From contig CALXMK010000008.1 of assembly GCA_944389455.1 (NCBI GenBank), forward strand, positions 26,963 to 90,962: a DNA stretch of 64,000 nt, read 5' to 3'. The DNA comes from an uncultured Verrucomicrobiota bacterium. GTDB lineage: Bacteria > Verrucomicrobiota > Verrucomicrobiia > Limisphaerales > UBA1412. Position 1 is the first letter of the stretch; the number at the start of each line of letters is the position of its first letter. Under the pieces are notes generated by a model. It worked only from the letters and a program-made list of their open reading frames with translations, was not told where the DNA came from and ran no database searches. Shown here piece after piece: positions 49,301 to 59,265 of this stretch. The position numbers were made by a program, and so were the translations under genes.

Positions 49301-50086
49301 CTATTTCCGGCTTGAAAGCCGAACTAATATTTCATCAGCAAGTAAACTATAAGCTGATGCTCCCGCACTATGCGGATCATAATATTGTATGGGCTTTCCA
49401 AAACTGGGAGCCTCTGCCAAGCGAATGGCTCTCGGAATCATTGTTTCAAAAACTTTTTCTCCTAAATACTCCTGAACCTCACTGACTACCTGTTGTGCCA
49501 AACGAGTTCTCCCATCAAACATAGTCATAAGCACTCCCAACAATTCAAGATCTGGATTAAGCCCTGAATCTTTAATTTGAGCATGGACACGCATAATCAT
49601 CGATATTCCCTCCAAAGCAAAGTATTCACATTGCAAAGGAATAACAAGCCAACGTGCAGATACAAAAGCATTTAAAGTTAAAATAGAAAGAGAAGGTGGA
49701 CAATCAATGATAATAAAATCATATTCTGCTTTTTCAGCCAATGGCATTAACGCATTCTTTAAATGGATCAAATGATCTCCACCCAACTTGGGAATCTCAA
49801 TATCTGCTCCACACATATCCAATTCACCCGGAATAAGGGAGAGATTTTCCCATTGTGTTTCTATAACAAAATCTTCTAATTTACCTTCTCCCAGCAAAAC
49901 CGGGTAAACACTCTTTCCCTCTCTTTTTTCGATACCCACTCCACTTGTCGCATTAGCTTGAGGGTCCAGATCCACAAGTAAAGTCTTATGCCCCGCTTTA
50001 GCCAAAGTGGCTGATAAATTAACAGAGGTTGTTGTCTTTCCAACCCCGCCTTTTTGATTGGCTACAGCGATTATTGTAGACGACAT
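49301..50086 (-). CDS. soj: chromosome-partitioning ATPase ParA/Soj
   Basis: Deviant Walker A NQKGGVGKTTT, plus LLVDLDPQANAT and IPRAIRLAEAPSFGKP. Confidence 0.9.
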   Translation of the reverse strand: MSSTIIAVANQKGGVGKTTTSVNLSATLAKAGHKTLLVDLDPQANATSGVGIEKREGKSVYPVLLGEGKLEDFVIETQWENLSLIPGELDMCGADIEIPKLGGDHLIHLKNALMPLAEKAEYDFIIIDCPPSLSILTLNAFVSARWLVIPLQCEYFALEGISMIMRVHAQIKDSGLNPDLELLGVLMTMFDGRTRLAQQVVSEVQEYLGEKVFETMIPRAIRLAEAPSFGKPIQYYDPHSAGASAYSLLADEILVRLSSRK

Positions 50087-50109
50087 AAATACATAATCTC
50101 CCTTTAAAT

Positions 50110-50904
50110 CTATACATCAAAATCTTTTGGTAAAATCCAAGTTGGTCCTTCCTGAAAAGCAACTTTTACTTCGATATCTTTACCCTGAAGTTTATCTAAA
50201 ACCGCATTCAAAGCCAAATCTGGGTGATTACATTCCTCACTTAAATGAGCTAATGAAACAACTTTCAAACCATCAGAGGAAATCTCATTTAAAGCCTCTG
50301 CGGATTGTTCATTTGATAAATGTCCCGTATTAGCACAAATACGTTGTATCAGTCTCCAGGGGCGAGATGAATTTCTTAAAAGCCCAAGGTCATGATTACT
50401 TTCAAATAATAATGCGTATGCTCCACGGATTCGTTCTTGAACCAAAGTAGTCATTCTACCTAAATCAGTAACAACTCCGATCTTAATAGCACCTGTTTGG
50501 AAAACATATCCAATAGGATCTCCAATATCATGACTGACCTCAAAAGTTTCAATTCTAACATCTCCTATCTGAAAGCAATCTCTCGTATTAAAATTTCTAA
50601 ATTCAGGCATTTTTTGATTAGCTTTTTTGACCCCCAATGCGATAAAACTTTGAGTTATCGAATTACAATAAACCGGAATATTATAATCAGCACAAAATTT
50701 CCCTACTCCGGAAATATGATCAGAATGCCCATGTGTAATACAAATTCCTTGGACTCTGGCAGGATCCTTCCCAGCAGAGATCAATCTTGATGTAATCTGC
50801 CTGCATGAAAGCCCTGCGTCAACCAGGATGCAAGTATTCCCACACTCTATTAAAGTGCAATTGCCTCTAGAACCACTGCCTAAATTTAGAAAATCGAGAT
50901 GCAT
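50110..50904 (-). CDS. MBL-fold metallo-hydrolase (YycJ/WalJ-like)
   Basis: 264 aa with the ITHGHSDHISG motif and downstream His/Asp ligands. Confidence 0.75.
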   Translation of the reverse strand: MHLDFLNLGSGSRGNCTLIECGNTCILVDAGLSCRQITSRLISAGKDPARVQGICITHGHSDHISGVGKFCADYNIPVYCNSITQSFIALGVKKANQKMPEFRNFNTRDCFQIGDVRIETFEVSHDIGDPIGYVFQTGAIKIGVVTDLGRMTTLVQERIRGAYALLFESNHDLGLLRNSSRPWRLIQRICANTGHLSNEQSAEALNEISSDGLKVVSLAHLSEECNHPDLALNAVLDKLQGKDIEVKVAFQEGPTWILPKDFDV

Positions 50905-50913
50905 TATATTCTA

Positions 50914-52824
50914 TTATCCCCCTACATGCTCCAATTCTTCGTTGGTCAAAGAATTATATATTTTAAACTCTTCTGCATGAAAAGAAGTATCAGCTCGGAA
51001 AGAAAGCTTTCCATAATACTTCTTCTCCATATCAATCAAAAGCTGTTCATCCTCCGTACGGAAACGATCCAGTACCATTGGATGCACAACTACTTTTAAC
51101 TGAAAATCGGATTCGTCTCTGCCTCTTCGTTTGAAAATCTCTGCCAATTTCCTCTGTATCTCCGCAGACATTGTCAATGCAGATTTAACCATTCCACGCC
51201 CTTTACAATACTTGCAGTCATCATAAATAGCCTCCTGCATAGATTCGGTATGTCTCTGGCGAGTCATTTCCATCAGACCCAATAAGGAAATAGGTAAAAT
51301 ATGGGTTCTGGCCTTATCCCTCCTGAGGCATTCTTTCATCTTATTAAAGACCGCCTGCCGGTCACGAGGATTCTTCATATCAATAAAATCAAGAATCACT
51401 AATCCTCCGATATTCCGCAAACGCAATTGACGGCACGCTTCTTCCGCCGCCTCAAGATTGACTCTCAAAATAGTCGATTCATGTTGATCTCCTCCCTGCT
51501 TATGTCCTCCAGAATTAACATCTATCGCAACAAGAGCCTCTGTCTCATCTATAACAATATACCCTCCTGACTTTAGATAAACTCTTCTCGCAAATGCACT
51601 TCCAATTTGCCTTGTAATATTAAAGCGATCAAAAATCGGCTGTGAATCCATGTAAAGCTTTACCTTCATTGCAGAACGGCGCGATATCTTAGAAATAATA
51701 TCCCGAGCTCTCTCATATTCACGAGGATTGTCGATAACAATTCTCTCTATTTCACTTGTTAAAAAATCTCTTGCCATCCTCCCAATAAGATCCGGTTCCT
51801 GGAACACACAACTTGGAGTAGGATTACTGCGGATATTCTCTTGAACCTGACGCCAAGCACCTAAAAGAATTGCAAGATCTCGAATAAAATATCGTTTTTG
51901 TTGTCCCTCACCCGCTGTCCGAATAATAACTCCCATTCCTTCTGGTAAATCCAACTCTCTCACAATTTTCTTAAGACGCTCTCTTTCCGTACGGCTTTCT
52001 ATTTTACGAGAAATACCACTTTGATCCGAATTAGGTAGCAAAACCAAAAAACGCCCAGGCAACGAAATATTAGTAGTAACTCGAGGCCCTTTTGTACCAA
52101 TAGCCCCTTTAGTTACCTGAACAACAATCTCTGCACCAATAGGATAAAGTTTAGGAATATCATTCTGTGTAATTTTAGGCTTTTCCTTGCGGCGGGGAGC
52201 TCTTTCCACCAATTCAACAGAAGAATCAAATCCATTAGGCACAATATCCCAATAATGTAAAAAAGCGTTTTTATCAAAGCCAATATCAACAAAAGCCGCC
52301 TTTAACCCATCTTCCAGATTTTGTACTCGGCCTTTATAGATAGAACCAACCAATCTTTCATCATCAGCCCGCTCCATCGCAAAATCTTCTAATCGCCCCT
52401 CTTCCAAAATAGCAACTCGAGTCTCCAGCGATTCAGAATTAACAATAATTTCTTTATGCTTATTCTCTTTCTGCGGATTTATTATTTTATGAACCCTTTC
52501 CAAAAGTTTATTGGCAGCTCCTTTAATCGACTCAACAATATTCTGAGGCTTAGGTTCTGAAATCACCACAGGTTTAAAAGGAACTTTTGGGGTCTTTTTG
52601 CGCGGAGGCTGTGGCAAAGGTTCTGCAATTCCAGCAGCCTTATTTTCAGCCTTCATTATCTCCTCTTCATGCTTTGTTTCAAACACAGTATCTGTCAACG
52701 ACTCTCTATCTGGCTCATCCATGCGTGTGAAAGCCAACTCTGCAATATTCTTTGATACCCCTTTAGAGGAAGGTTTAAACCGCACTGAAGTCTTACGTTT
52801 ATGAGAAAAAGTTTTTCCAGTCAT
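50914..52824 (-). CDS. rng: Rne/Rng family ribonuclease (RNase E/G) with ~135-aa N-terminal extension
   Basis: S1 domain (GSIYKGRVQNLEDGLKAAFVDIG), the DNase-I-like catalytic core (VAIDVNSG), and a Zn-link CxxC (CKYCKGRG). Confidence 0.85.
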   Translation of the reverse strand: MTGKTFSHKRKTSVRFKPSSKGVSKNIAELAFTRMDEPDRESLTDTVFETKHEEEIMKAENKAAGIAEPLPQPPRKKTPKVPFKPVVISEPKPQNIVESIKGAANKLLERVHKIINPQKENKHKEIIVNSESLETRVAILEEGRLEDFAMERADDERLVGSIYKGRVQNLEDGLKAAFVDIGFDKNAFLHYWDIVPNGFDSSVELVERAPRRKEKPKITQNDIPKLYPIGAEIVVQVTKGAIGTKGPRVTTNISLPGRFLVLLPNSDQSGISRKIESRTERERLKKIVRELDLPEGMGVIIRTAGEGQQKRYFIRDLAILLGAWRQVQENIRSNPTPSCVFQEPDLIGRMARDFLTSEIERIVIDNPREYERARDIISKISRRSAMKVKLYMDSQPIFDRFNITRQIGSAFARRVYLKSGGYIVIDETEALVAIDVNSGGHKQGGDQHESTILRVNLEAAEEACRQLRLRNIGGLVILDFIDMKNPRDRQAVFNKMKECLRRDKARTHILPISLLGLMEMTRQRHTESMQEAIYDDCKYCKGRGMVKSALTMSAEIQRKLAEIFKRRGRDESDFQLKVVVHPMVLDRFRTEDEQLLIDMEKKYYGKLSFRADTSFHAEEFKIYNSLTNEELEHVGG

Positions 52825-52832
52825 TTTTTAAA

Positions 52833-54128
52833 TCAATTATACTTTCTTCTATATATAGAGATGCTTTGTAAAATCCCGATAGCCAATAATGAACAAATTA
52901 CCGACGAACCGCCATAACTCAACAAAGGTAATGGTATTCCGGTTACTGGCATTAAACGGATATTCATCCCAATATTAATCATTACATGCGAAAACAGCAG
53001 AGTTACAGTCCCTACTGCTAAAAGTCTCCCCATACGTTCGCGAGCCTGAGTAGCTGTTCTAAGGCCTGCGAAAAAAATAATTCCATACAGTCCGATTACA
53101 ATCGAACTGCCTAAAAAACCCGTCTCCTCAGCTATAACTGAGAAAATAAAATCATTGTGTGCTACTGCACGAGGTAAAAAGCCCAATGAAGTTTGGGTTC
53201 CTTCTTTCCAGCCCTTCCCTATAAAACCACCACTGCCAACAGATATCAAGGCTTGTTCTATATTATATGAATCTGCTTCCTCCAATTGAGCCAATCGCTG
53301 TCGATCCTCTGGAGGAGTTTTTTCATTTACATAACTCTGATTAAAATATACCAATAAACGCCTCTTCTGGTAATCCTCTAATGGGAGCCTCCACCCTTCC
53401 GGAGCAAAAACAACATCAATTACCAATAAACTAATCAATAAAAATCCTATCCCTGCAACCTTTGCTAAATAACGAATAGGCACATCCGCCACATACATTA
53501 CAATGAGCCCAGAAGGAATAAATACTAAAGCTGATCCTAAATCCGGTTCTGCTAAAATCAGCAAAAACGGCAATCCCATCATGCTCATTGCTCTTAAAAA
53601 GACTCTGTAAGAACGCAACTCCTCTTTTGGTTTTTCTAAATAATTTGCTAAGGCAAACAAGTATGCCAACTTCGCAAATTCTGAAGGCTGAAACTGCAAT
53701 ATCCCCAAATCAATCCATCTTCTAGCCCCAAAACGATATGTCCCCACATGAGGAATGAGCACCAAAATTAATATAAAAATAGCTCCCCAATAAGCAATAA
53801 ATGAAAACCTGCAAAGCGTCTTATAATCAAAAACACATATTCCCACAGCCAATCCCGTTCCAATCAAATACCATATACATTGACGAAAAGCATTTGTTTG
53901 ATACCAGCTTAAGTGAGATTCGCTAACCATCCTTGCGCTATAAATAAACATCACCCCAATTACCATTAGCGCTACGGTAGCGACCAATAAAATCCAATCA
54001 GGTCTTCGAATGGAATCCGATGAAGAGAGACTTACTGTCTTTTCCGCAAAACTATCATTTTCCAGATTGGCGGATCTCAAGCCAAAAAGTCGTTTTAAAT
54101 TCATATCACTTAGAGCTCCGCCCTCCAT
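52833..54128 (-). CDS. rodA: peptidoglycan glycosyltransferase RodA (SEDS family)
   Basis: FtsW/RodA/SpoVE-type polytopic protein with QPSEFAKL and PLPLLSYGGSS motifs. An alternative start is at 54104. Confidence 0.9.
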   Translation of the reverse strand: MEGGALSDMNLKRLFGLRSANLENDSFAEKTVSLSSSDSIRRPDWILLVATVALMVIGVMFIYSARMVSESHLSWYQTNAFRQCIWYLIGTGLAVGICVFDYKTLCRFSFIAYWGAIFILILVLIPHVGTYRFGARRWIDLGILQFQPSEFAKLAYLFALANYLEKPKEELRSYRVFLRAMSMMGLPFLLILAEPDLGSALVFIPSGLIVMYVADVPIRYLAKVAGIGFLLISLLVIDVVFAPEGWRLPLEDYQKRRLLVYFNQSYVNEKTPPEDRQRLAQLEEADSYNIEQALISVGSGGFIGKGWKEGTQTSLGFLPRAVAHNDFIFSVIAEETGFLGSSIVIGLYGIIFFAGLRTATQARERMGRLLAVGTVTLLFSHVMINIGMNIRLMPVTGIPLPLLSYGGSSVICSLLAIGILQSISIYRRKYN

Positions 54129-56026
54129 TGTTCCACTTCTATGGAAAGAAGCTTCTCATAAATCTTTTTTGCGACAGGTGCACATGAAATTCCACCAGAA
54201 CGACCATTCTCCACCAATACAACCACGGCATAACGTGGAGAATTATATGGAGCATATGAAACAAACCAAGTATCCTTACGAACTAAACGATTGCCCTGTT
54301 TGACTTCTGCTGTACCCGTTTTACCACAAACCCTCATTCCCCTGACCTCGGCACGACTCCCTGTTCCATAAGCATCTTCCACATCCGCTAACATAGAATC
54401 CTGAATAATTCTTAAACTATGCTGCGAAACACCTATTTCCCCACGGACAACCCCTTCCTGAAATTCTTCACCTAAAATATCATTCATCGGATTTCGAGTT
54501 TCTATCCTCTTTACCAACCGAGGCCAAAAAACAGTCCCTCCATTGGCTATAGCAGCTGTCATCATTGCCATCTGAAGAGGTGTAACTGTTATATCACCCT
54601 GTCCAATACAGAGATTTGCGGTATGTCCTTCCAACCATGGCACTCCTCTTTGCCTCTGCCTTTGAATAAAATTAGGATCAGGGAAAAAACCCCTTACCTC
54701 CTGCATAATTGGTACACCAGTTTTTTCTCCCAAGAAAAAACGATTTCCCATGCTCATTAATTGCTCCAACCCTACCTTTAATCCCAAATCGATAAAATAT
54801 GCGTTGCTAGACCTGAGGAATGCTCTCTTAAAATTATAATTACCGGCAGGAGCCGTATCATCTATGACCCGATTCCCTATTTTATAATGCCCTTCACAAT
54901 AAATCTCCTGCTCCGGATCTATTCCATTTTCCAAAATTGCCAAACCTACAATAATCTTAAAAATTGAACCAGGAGCATAAGCGCCATAAGTAGCACGGCA
55001 TAAGGTGGGAGTAGTCTCTTCATTATTATAGATCTGCCAATTTTCTCTGCTAATCCGTGGAATAAAAAGATTAGGATCATAAGATGGCTCTGAAACTAAA
55101 GCTAAAATATCCCCATTCCTTACATCAACTACGACTACGGCTCCTCTCGTATCAGGTTGAACACTCCTAAGAGCACTTGTCGCTGTCTCCTGAATCCTAG
55201 AATCAATCGTCAAAATAATATCCTGTCCCATAACTGGAACTATTAATGTATTCTCCTCTTGGCGATAACCAATATTATCTACTAGAACACTCTTCATCCC
55301 AGGCAATCCTCTAAGCTTTTTATCAAATTTCCCCTCTATCCCAACCTGGCCAACAAAATCAGGAGCCTGATAACTATATTGAATATTGGGATCATTAACT
55401 TGTCTTTTCAAGAGATATCCTAATATATGTGAGCCTACTTCATGAAAAGGATATTCACGAAAAGGCTCAAACTCTATTCCTACACCCAATGGACGCATCG
55501 GGCTTTCCATAAATCGAGCAACAGCTTCGGGAGAAGCATCCTGTAAAACTGTAAGGGGTAAAGCCCTTGTCTGCTGATAATGCTGATTAAAACTTTGCTC
55601 ATTCAGATACAGCCCCTCTCCAATAATCCCACTTAACTCAAATAAGGTATTACTAACTACATTAAAACGAGCAACTCGAGATCTCTCCCATACATTCAAT
55701 TCTGAATATTCCGGCAGCGCCTTAATCCGTCTATATTCCTTATTGAAAAGTCCGGACTTAGATAATTCTCCCAAATATAAATTGATACTATATGCCGGGC
55801 GACTTGCGGCCATCACAACTCCATTGCAATCAAAAACCTCCCCCCTTACCGCAGGCTCTCGAACCGTTCTATAGACCTGTTTTTCAAGTCGTTGAACATA
55901 TTTTCCTGAACTAAATATTTGTAAATGCCATAAAATCCCCACGAGTAAAAGAAGCCCTAAAAACACAACGAAAGAAACATTGCGTATTTTCTCATCACCC
56001 CGGCTCAATTGATCTAAAATCAGCAT
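54110..56026 (-). CDS. mrdA: penicillin-binding protein 2 (elongasome transpeptidase)
   Basis: N-terminal TM anchor, SxxK (PGSIFK), SxN (RSSN) and KTGT motifs. Confidence 0.9.
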   Translation of the reverse strand: MLILDQLSRGDEKIRNVSFVVFLGLLLLVGILWHLQIFSSGKYVQRLEKQVYRTVREPAVRGEVFDCNGVVMAASRPAYSINLYLGELSKSGLFNKEYRRIKALPEYSELNVWERSRVARFNVVSNTLFELSGIIGEGLYLNEQSFNQHYQQTRALPLTVLQDASPEAVARFMESPMRPLGVGIEFEPFREYPFHEVGSHILGYLLKRQVNDPNIQYSYQAPDFVGQVGIEGKFDKKLRGLPGMKSVLVDNIGYRQEENTLIVPVMGQDIILTIDSRIQETATSALRSVQPDTRGAVVVVDVRNGDILALVSEPSYDPNLFIPRISRENWQIYNNEETTPTLCRATYGAYAPGSIFKIIVGLAILENGIDPEQEIYCEGHYKIGNRVIDDTAPAGNYNFKRAFLRSSNAYFIDLGLKVGLEQLMSMGNRFFLGEKTGVPIMQEVRGFFPDPNFIQRQRQRGVPWLEGHTANLCIGQGDITVTPLQMAMMTAAIANGGTVFWPRLVKRIETRNPMNDILGEEFQEGVVRGEIGVSQHSLRIIQDSMLADVEDAYGTGSRAEVRGMRVCGKTGTAEVKQGNRLVRKDTWFVSYAPYNSPRYAVVVLVENGRSGGISCAPVAKKIYEKLLSIEVEQWRAEL

Positions 56027-56030
56027 CTAA

Positions 56031-56591
56031 TTATTTTCTGCCTAGTTTCCCCCTAAAAGATGGAACTAAACGATACATCTTCTGTACAAACAAATGTTTT
56101 AAAATAAACTCAATTGTATTAAATAGAATAGGAGCCATTCCGGCACTCGTTACTCCCAACACAATAAAAACCCATAATAAAGAAGCATCAATTACCGGCG
56201 GCACCGCCAAACCAGTCAGTTGAATCATGACTAAAAACGGCACTGTAACCCCCATTCCGAAACCAAGTAATAATTGAGCTATTATATTGCGATAAAGTAA
56301 TACATGACGTTTACAATAAATAAAATATCCTGGAATTAAATAGGATAAAGAGCTAACCCCCATTGGATTCAAAGTCAAAGAATCAAAAAAGAACCCACCA
56401 ATTAAAGAAACTGCAAATAACTCTTTCCAGGAACGATAGAGCGCACAATATAAAACCAAAACAGGAATAAAATCGAGAGCAACAGAAAAAACCCTATAGT
56501 GACTAAAAAAAATCCCCTGGCACACTACAAAACCACCGCAAAGGAGCAGAAGAAATATCGTCTCTTTATGCTTTATTGCGTAATTACCCAT
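56031..56591 (-). CDS. mreD: rod shape-determining protein MreD
   Basis: Small polytopic membrane protein located between mreC and mrdA; the call rests on position and hydrophobicity. Confidence 0.6.
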   Translation of the reverse strand: MGNYAIKHKETIFLLLLCGGFVVCQGIFFSHYRVFSVALDFIPVLVLYCALYRSWKELFAVSLIGGFFFDSLTLNPMGVSSLSYLIPGYFIYCKRHVLLYRNIIAQLLLGFGMGVTVPFLVMIQLTGLAVPPVIDASLLWVFIVLGVTSAGMAPILFNTIEFILKHLFVQKMYRLVPSFRGKLGRK

Positions 56592-57385
56592 ACTTCCTCC
56601 AATAAATTCGGATCCGCAGCAAGCCTTACACTTGCTTCTTTATAAAGACCATATTCCAGATTTACGCTATCCTCAATATTTCCTACATAAATTCCCCCTG
56701 GGAACATTCCTCCCATTCCACTCGTATAAACTCTCTGTCCCGGAACGAGATTCTGATTGCCTGACAAATAAGATAACTTAACAATCGTGTTATCCCATCC
56801 TGTTGCTACAAGCGGCTGCAAAATACCTGAATTTCTTGTCTCACCAATAACAACACTGACTAAACAATTAGGATCCCCCACCAACACGACTCTAGACTCC
56901 CATTTCCCTACCTGAAAAACTCTCCCAACTAGCGCTGCTTCTCCAAATGTAGCTAATACAGGCTGATTCTGCTTGATGCCAGACTCACTTCCTACATTAA
57001 TTATAATTGCTTTCCACCAATTAGAAGGATCTCTCCCTATAACCTTGGCAAACTTTATCTTCCAAGGACTTCTCTGCCGAAAATCTAAAGCCTGTCTAAG
57101 TCGAATATTCTCTGCCTCCAATTCACGAAGTCGAATCAATGCCAATTGATCTTTCTTCAATTGAATCTCCATTTGTTCCTGCTCTTGAAGGAGTATTTTT
57201 TTAGCCGTTAACCAATCTCCTATAACTCCCGTACTATCTCCTAACCATGAAACAGTACTGCTAAAAGGTAATAATAGTATACCGGCAATGTTCTTTGTTC
57301 CGTTAGTCCATTTTTGGATACACAGCACCAACAACACTGCAAATATTAAAATACCAAATACGGCTGTTCTACTTTTTTTAAACAT
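56573..57385 (-). CDS. mreC: rod shape-determining protein MreC
   Basis: N-terminal TM segment, coiled coil (LRELEAENIRLRQAL), and beta-barrel repeats (LVGRVFQV, GGIYVGNI). Confidence 0.8.
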   Translation of the reverse strand: MFKKSRTAVFGILIFAVLLVLCIQKWTNGTKNIAGILLLPFSSTVSWLGDSTGVIGDWLTAKKILLQEQEQMEIQLKKDQLALIRLRELEAENIRLRQALDFRQRSPWKIKFAKVIGRDPSNWWKAIIINVGSESGIKQNQPVLATFGEAALVGRVFQVGKWESRVVLVGDPNCLVSVVIGETRNSGILQPLVATGWDNTIVKLSYLSGNQNLVPGQRVYTSGMGGMFPGGIYVGNIEDSVNLEYGLYKEASVRLAADPNLLEEVWVITQ

Positions 57386-57448
57386 TCACCATTAAGGGTG
57401 AACGCTCCTAATAGCTAAAACAAAAATAATCCGAAATAAACACAATTA

Positions 57449-58450
57449 TCAGAAAAGATGGAAATTCTCCAAAGCTAACCCTGTACCCATTGCAACCGCA
57501 CTGAGAGGATCTTCTGCTATATGAACAGGCAAACCTGTCTCATCAGAAATAAGTTTATTAATGTTTCTCAACATAGCTCCGCCTCCGGCCATCATAATAC
57601 CACGATCTACCAGATCTGCGGCCAGCTGTGGCGGACATTGTTCCAAAGTAATTCTCACCGCTTCCAATATACTGGAAAGCGGTTCCTGTAAAGACTCCCG
57701 TATCTCTTCTGAACGAATGGTTGTTGTTTTTGGCAGTCCTTTCCCCAAATCTAATCCTTTAACTTCCATAGTTAATTCTTCATCTAGCGGATAGGCCGAA
57801 CCAATACGGATCTTAATCTCTTCAGCCATGCGTTCCCCAATTAAAAGATTATAAGCCCTCTTCATATGAGCCACAATTGCGTCATTAAATTCATCTCCAC
57901 CGACTCTTAAGCTACGGTTTGATACCATACCCTTTAAAGAAATAATCGCAATCTCACATGTACCTCCACCAATATCGACAATCATATTAGCGGCAGGCTC
58001 TTCTACCGGCATCCCCACTCCAATCGCTGATGCCAGGGGCTGATCTATAGTTTGAACTTCTCGGGCTCCAGCATGAAGTGCAGAATCTTTCACAGCTCGC
58101 CTTTCAACCTCGGTGATACCGGATGGAACCGCTACCAAAACTCGCGCTGAAATTAATTTTTTATGATGTACTTTCTGTATAAAACAGCGCAACATCGCTT
58201 CGGTTACTTCAAAATCAGCTATCACTCCATCCTTCATAGGACGAATAGCCCGGATATTCTCTGGCGTTTTTCCCAACATGGCTTTTGCCGCAGAACCAAT
58301 CGCTTGAACTGCACCGGTTTCCTTATCGACAGCCACAACTGAGGGTTCACGCAATACAATTCCCCTATCACGAACATAGACTAGGGAATTAGCTGTTCCC
58401 AAATCGATTCCGATATCATTTGTGAAAAGGCTTTTAAGTTGTGATAACAT
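57449..58450 (-). CDS. mreB: actin-like rod shape-determining protein MreB
   Basis: DIGIDLGTANSLVY, REPSVVAV and DIGGGTCEIA motifs. Confidence 0.97.
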   Translation of the reverse strand: MLSQLKSLFTNDIGIDLGTANSLVYVRDRGIVLREPSVVAVDKETGAVQAIGSAAKAMLGKTPENIRAIRPMKDGVIADFEVTEAMLRCFIQKVHHKKLISARVLVAVPSGITEVERRAVKDSALHAGAREVQTIDQPLASAIGVGMPVEEPAANMIVDIGGGTCEIAIISLKGMVSNRSLRVGGDEFNDAIVAHMKRAYNLLIGERMAEEIKIRIGSAYPLDEELTMEVKGLDLGKGLPKTTTIRSEEIRESLQEPLSSILEAVRITLEQCPPQLAADLVDRGIMMAGGGAMLRNINKLISDETGLPVHIAEDPLSAVAMGTGLALENFHLF

Positions 58451-58587
58451 GCATCAGAGCCTATAAAAAGCAGGTCTATTTTCTCTTCATGAGACTAAGA
58501 AGTCAAGCACCTTTAGAATCTTTGTTAAATTTATAAAACAAATCTGTCTTGATTCTAAGACAACTTCGACATTACACTTGCTGACGC

Positions 58588-58607
58588 AAGTTATTAACCA
58601 ATAACTT
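58588..58607. repeat. 8-bp perfect inverted repeat (aagttatt aacc aataactt) in the mreB / DUF2148 divergent intergenic region
   Basis: Read directly from the sequence; possibly an operator. A second, imperfect long hairpin lies at 58513-58558. Confidence 0.4.
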
Positions 58608-58731
58608 TTATACAAATTTCATTCTCCTGAATGATTTCTATGACAATATTAAAGCTAATTTAACTAAGTAAACTGCTTACAATATTATATAACTTCCGCA
58701 TAAAATAATCTGCGAAATAATTTAATAAAAC

Positions 58732-59265
58732 ATGATTTGGATCGAGGAAAACTTACGTAATGAGACTGCCCTAAAGGTTGCTTCACAAATGGCAGCTGCC
58801 GCGAGAACCGCTCCCAAAGGGAAAGGTCGAGACACATTATCAATCATTGTGCTCAACGAAGAGGACCTGCTCAGATTAGCAGATAAAACTGAAGAAATCG
58901 GAAAAAGAACCGGAATGGATTTCTTCTGTCGTGATGCTCACTGCCTGCGTAAATCACACGCACTTCTCCTGATCGGGACTACTATTCAACCTGAAGGACT
59001 CAAACTTTGCGGATTATGCGGCTTTACCGATTGCCAGGATAAAGTTAATAAACATTTTGACGTTCCTTGTGTCTTTAACAATATCGATTTAGGAATTGCG
59101 GTCGGTTCCGCGGTTAGTATTGCCGCCGACAACAGAGTAGATTCACGTGTACTCTATACCGTTGGTATGGCAGCTCTCGAAATGAGAATTTTTGATAAAT
59201 CTGTAAAAATTATTCTTGGTATTCCTATAAGTATTTCAAGCAAAAGTCCATTCTTTGACAGATAA
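58732..59265 (+). CDS. DUF2148-like (COG4739) ferredoxin-domain protein
   Basis: 177 aa with AAARTAPKGKGRD and the Cys motif CGLCGFTDC. The family assignment is from memory of COG4739 features. Confidence 0.45.
   Translation: MIWIEENLRNETALKVASQMAAAARTAPKGKGRDTLSIIVLNEEDLLRLADKTEEIGKRTGMDFFCRDAHCLRKSHALLLIGTTIQPEGLKLCGLCGFTDCQDKVNKHFDVPCVFNNIDLGIAVGSAVSIAADNRVDSRVLYTVGMAALEMRIFDKSVKIILGIPISISSKSPFFDR

Noticed and set aside
58451-58731. Looked for a TPP or other riboswitch upstream of the DUF2148 / ThiP-like permease genes, and near thiL.
   Set aside because: I saw no THI-box-like core (CUGAGA ... ACCUGAUCUGGAUAAUGCCAGCG). Only AT-rich inverted repeats are present, and these are reported as candidate operators.
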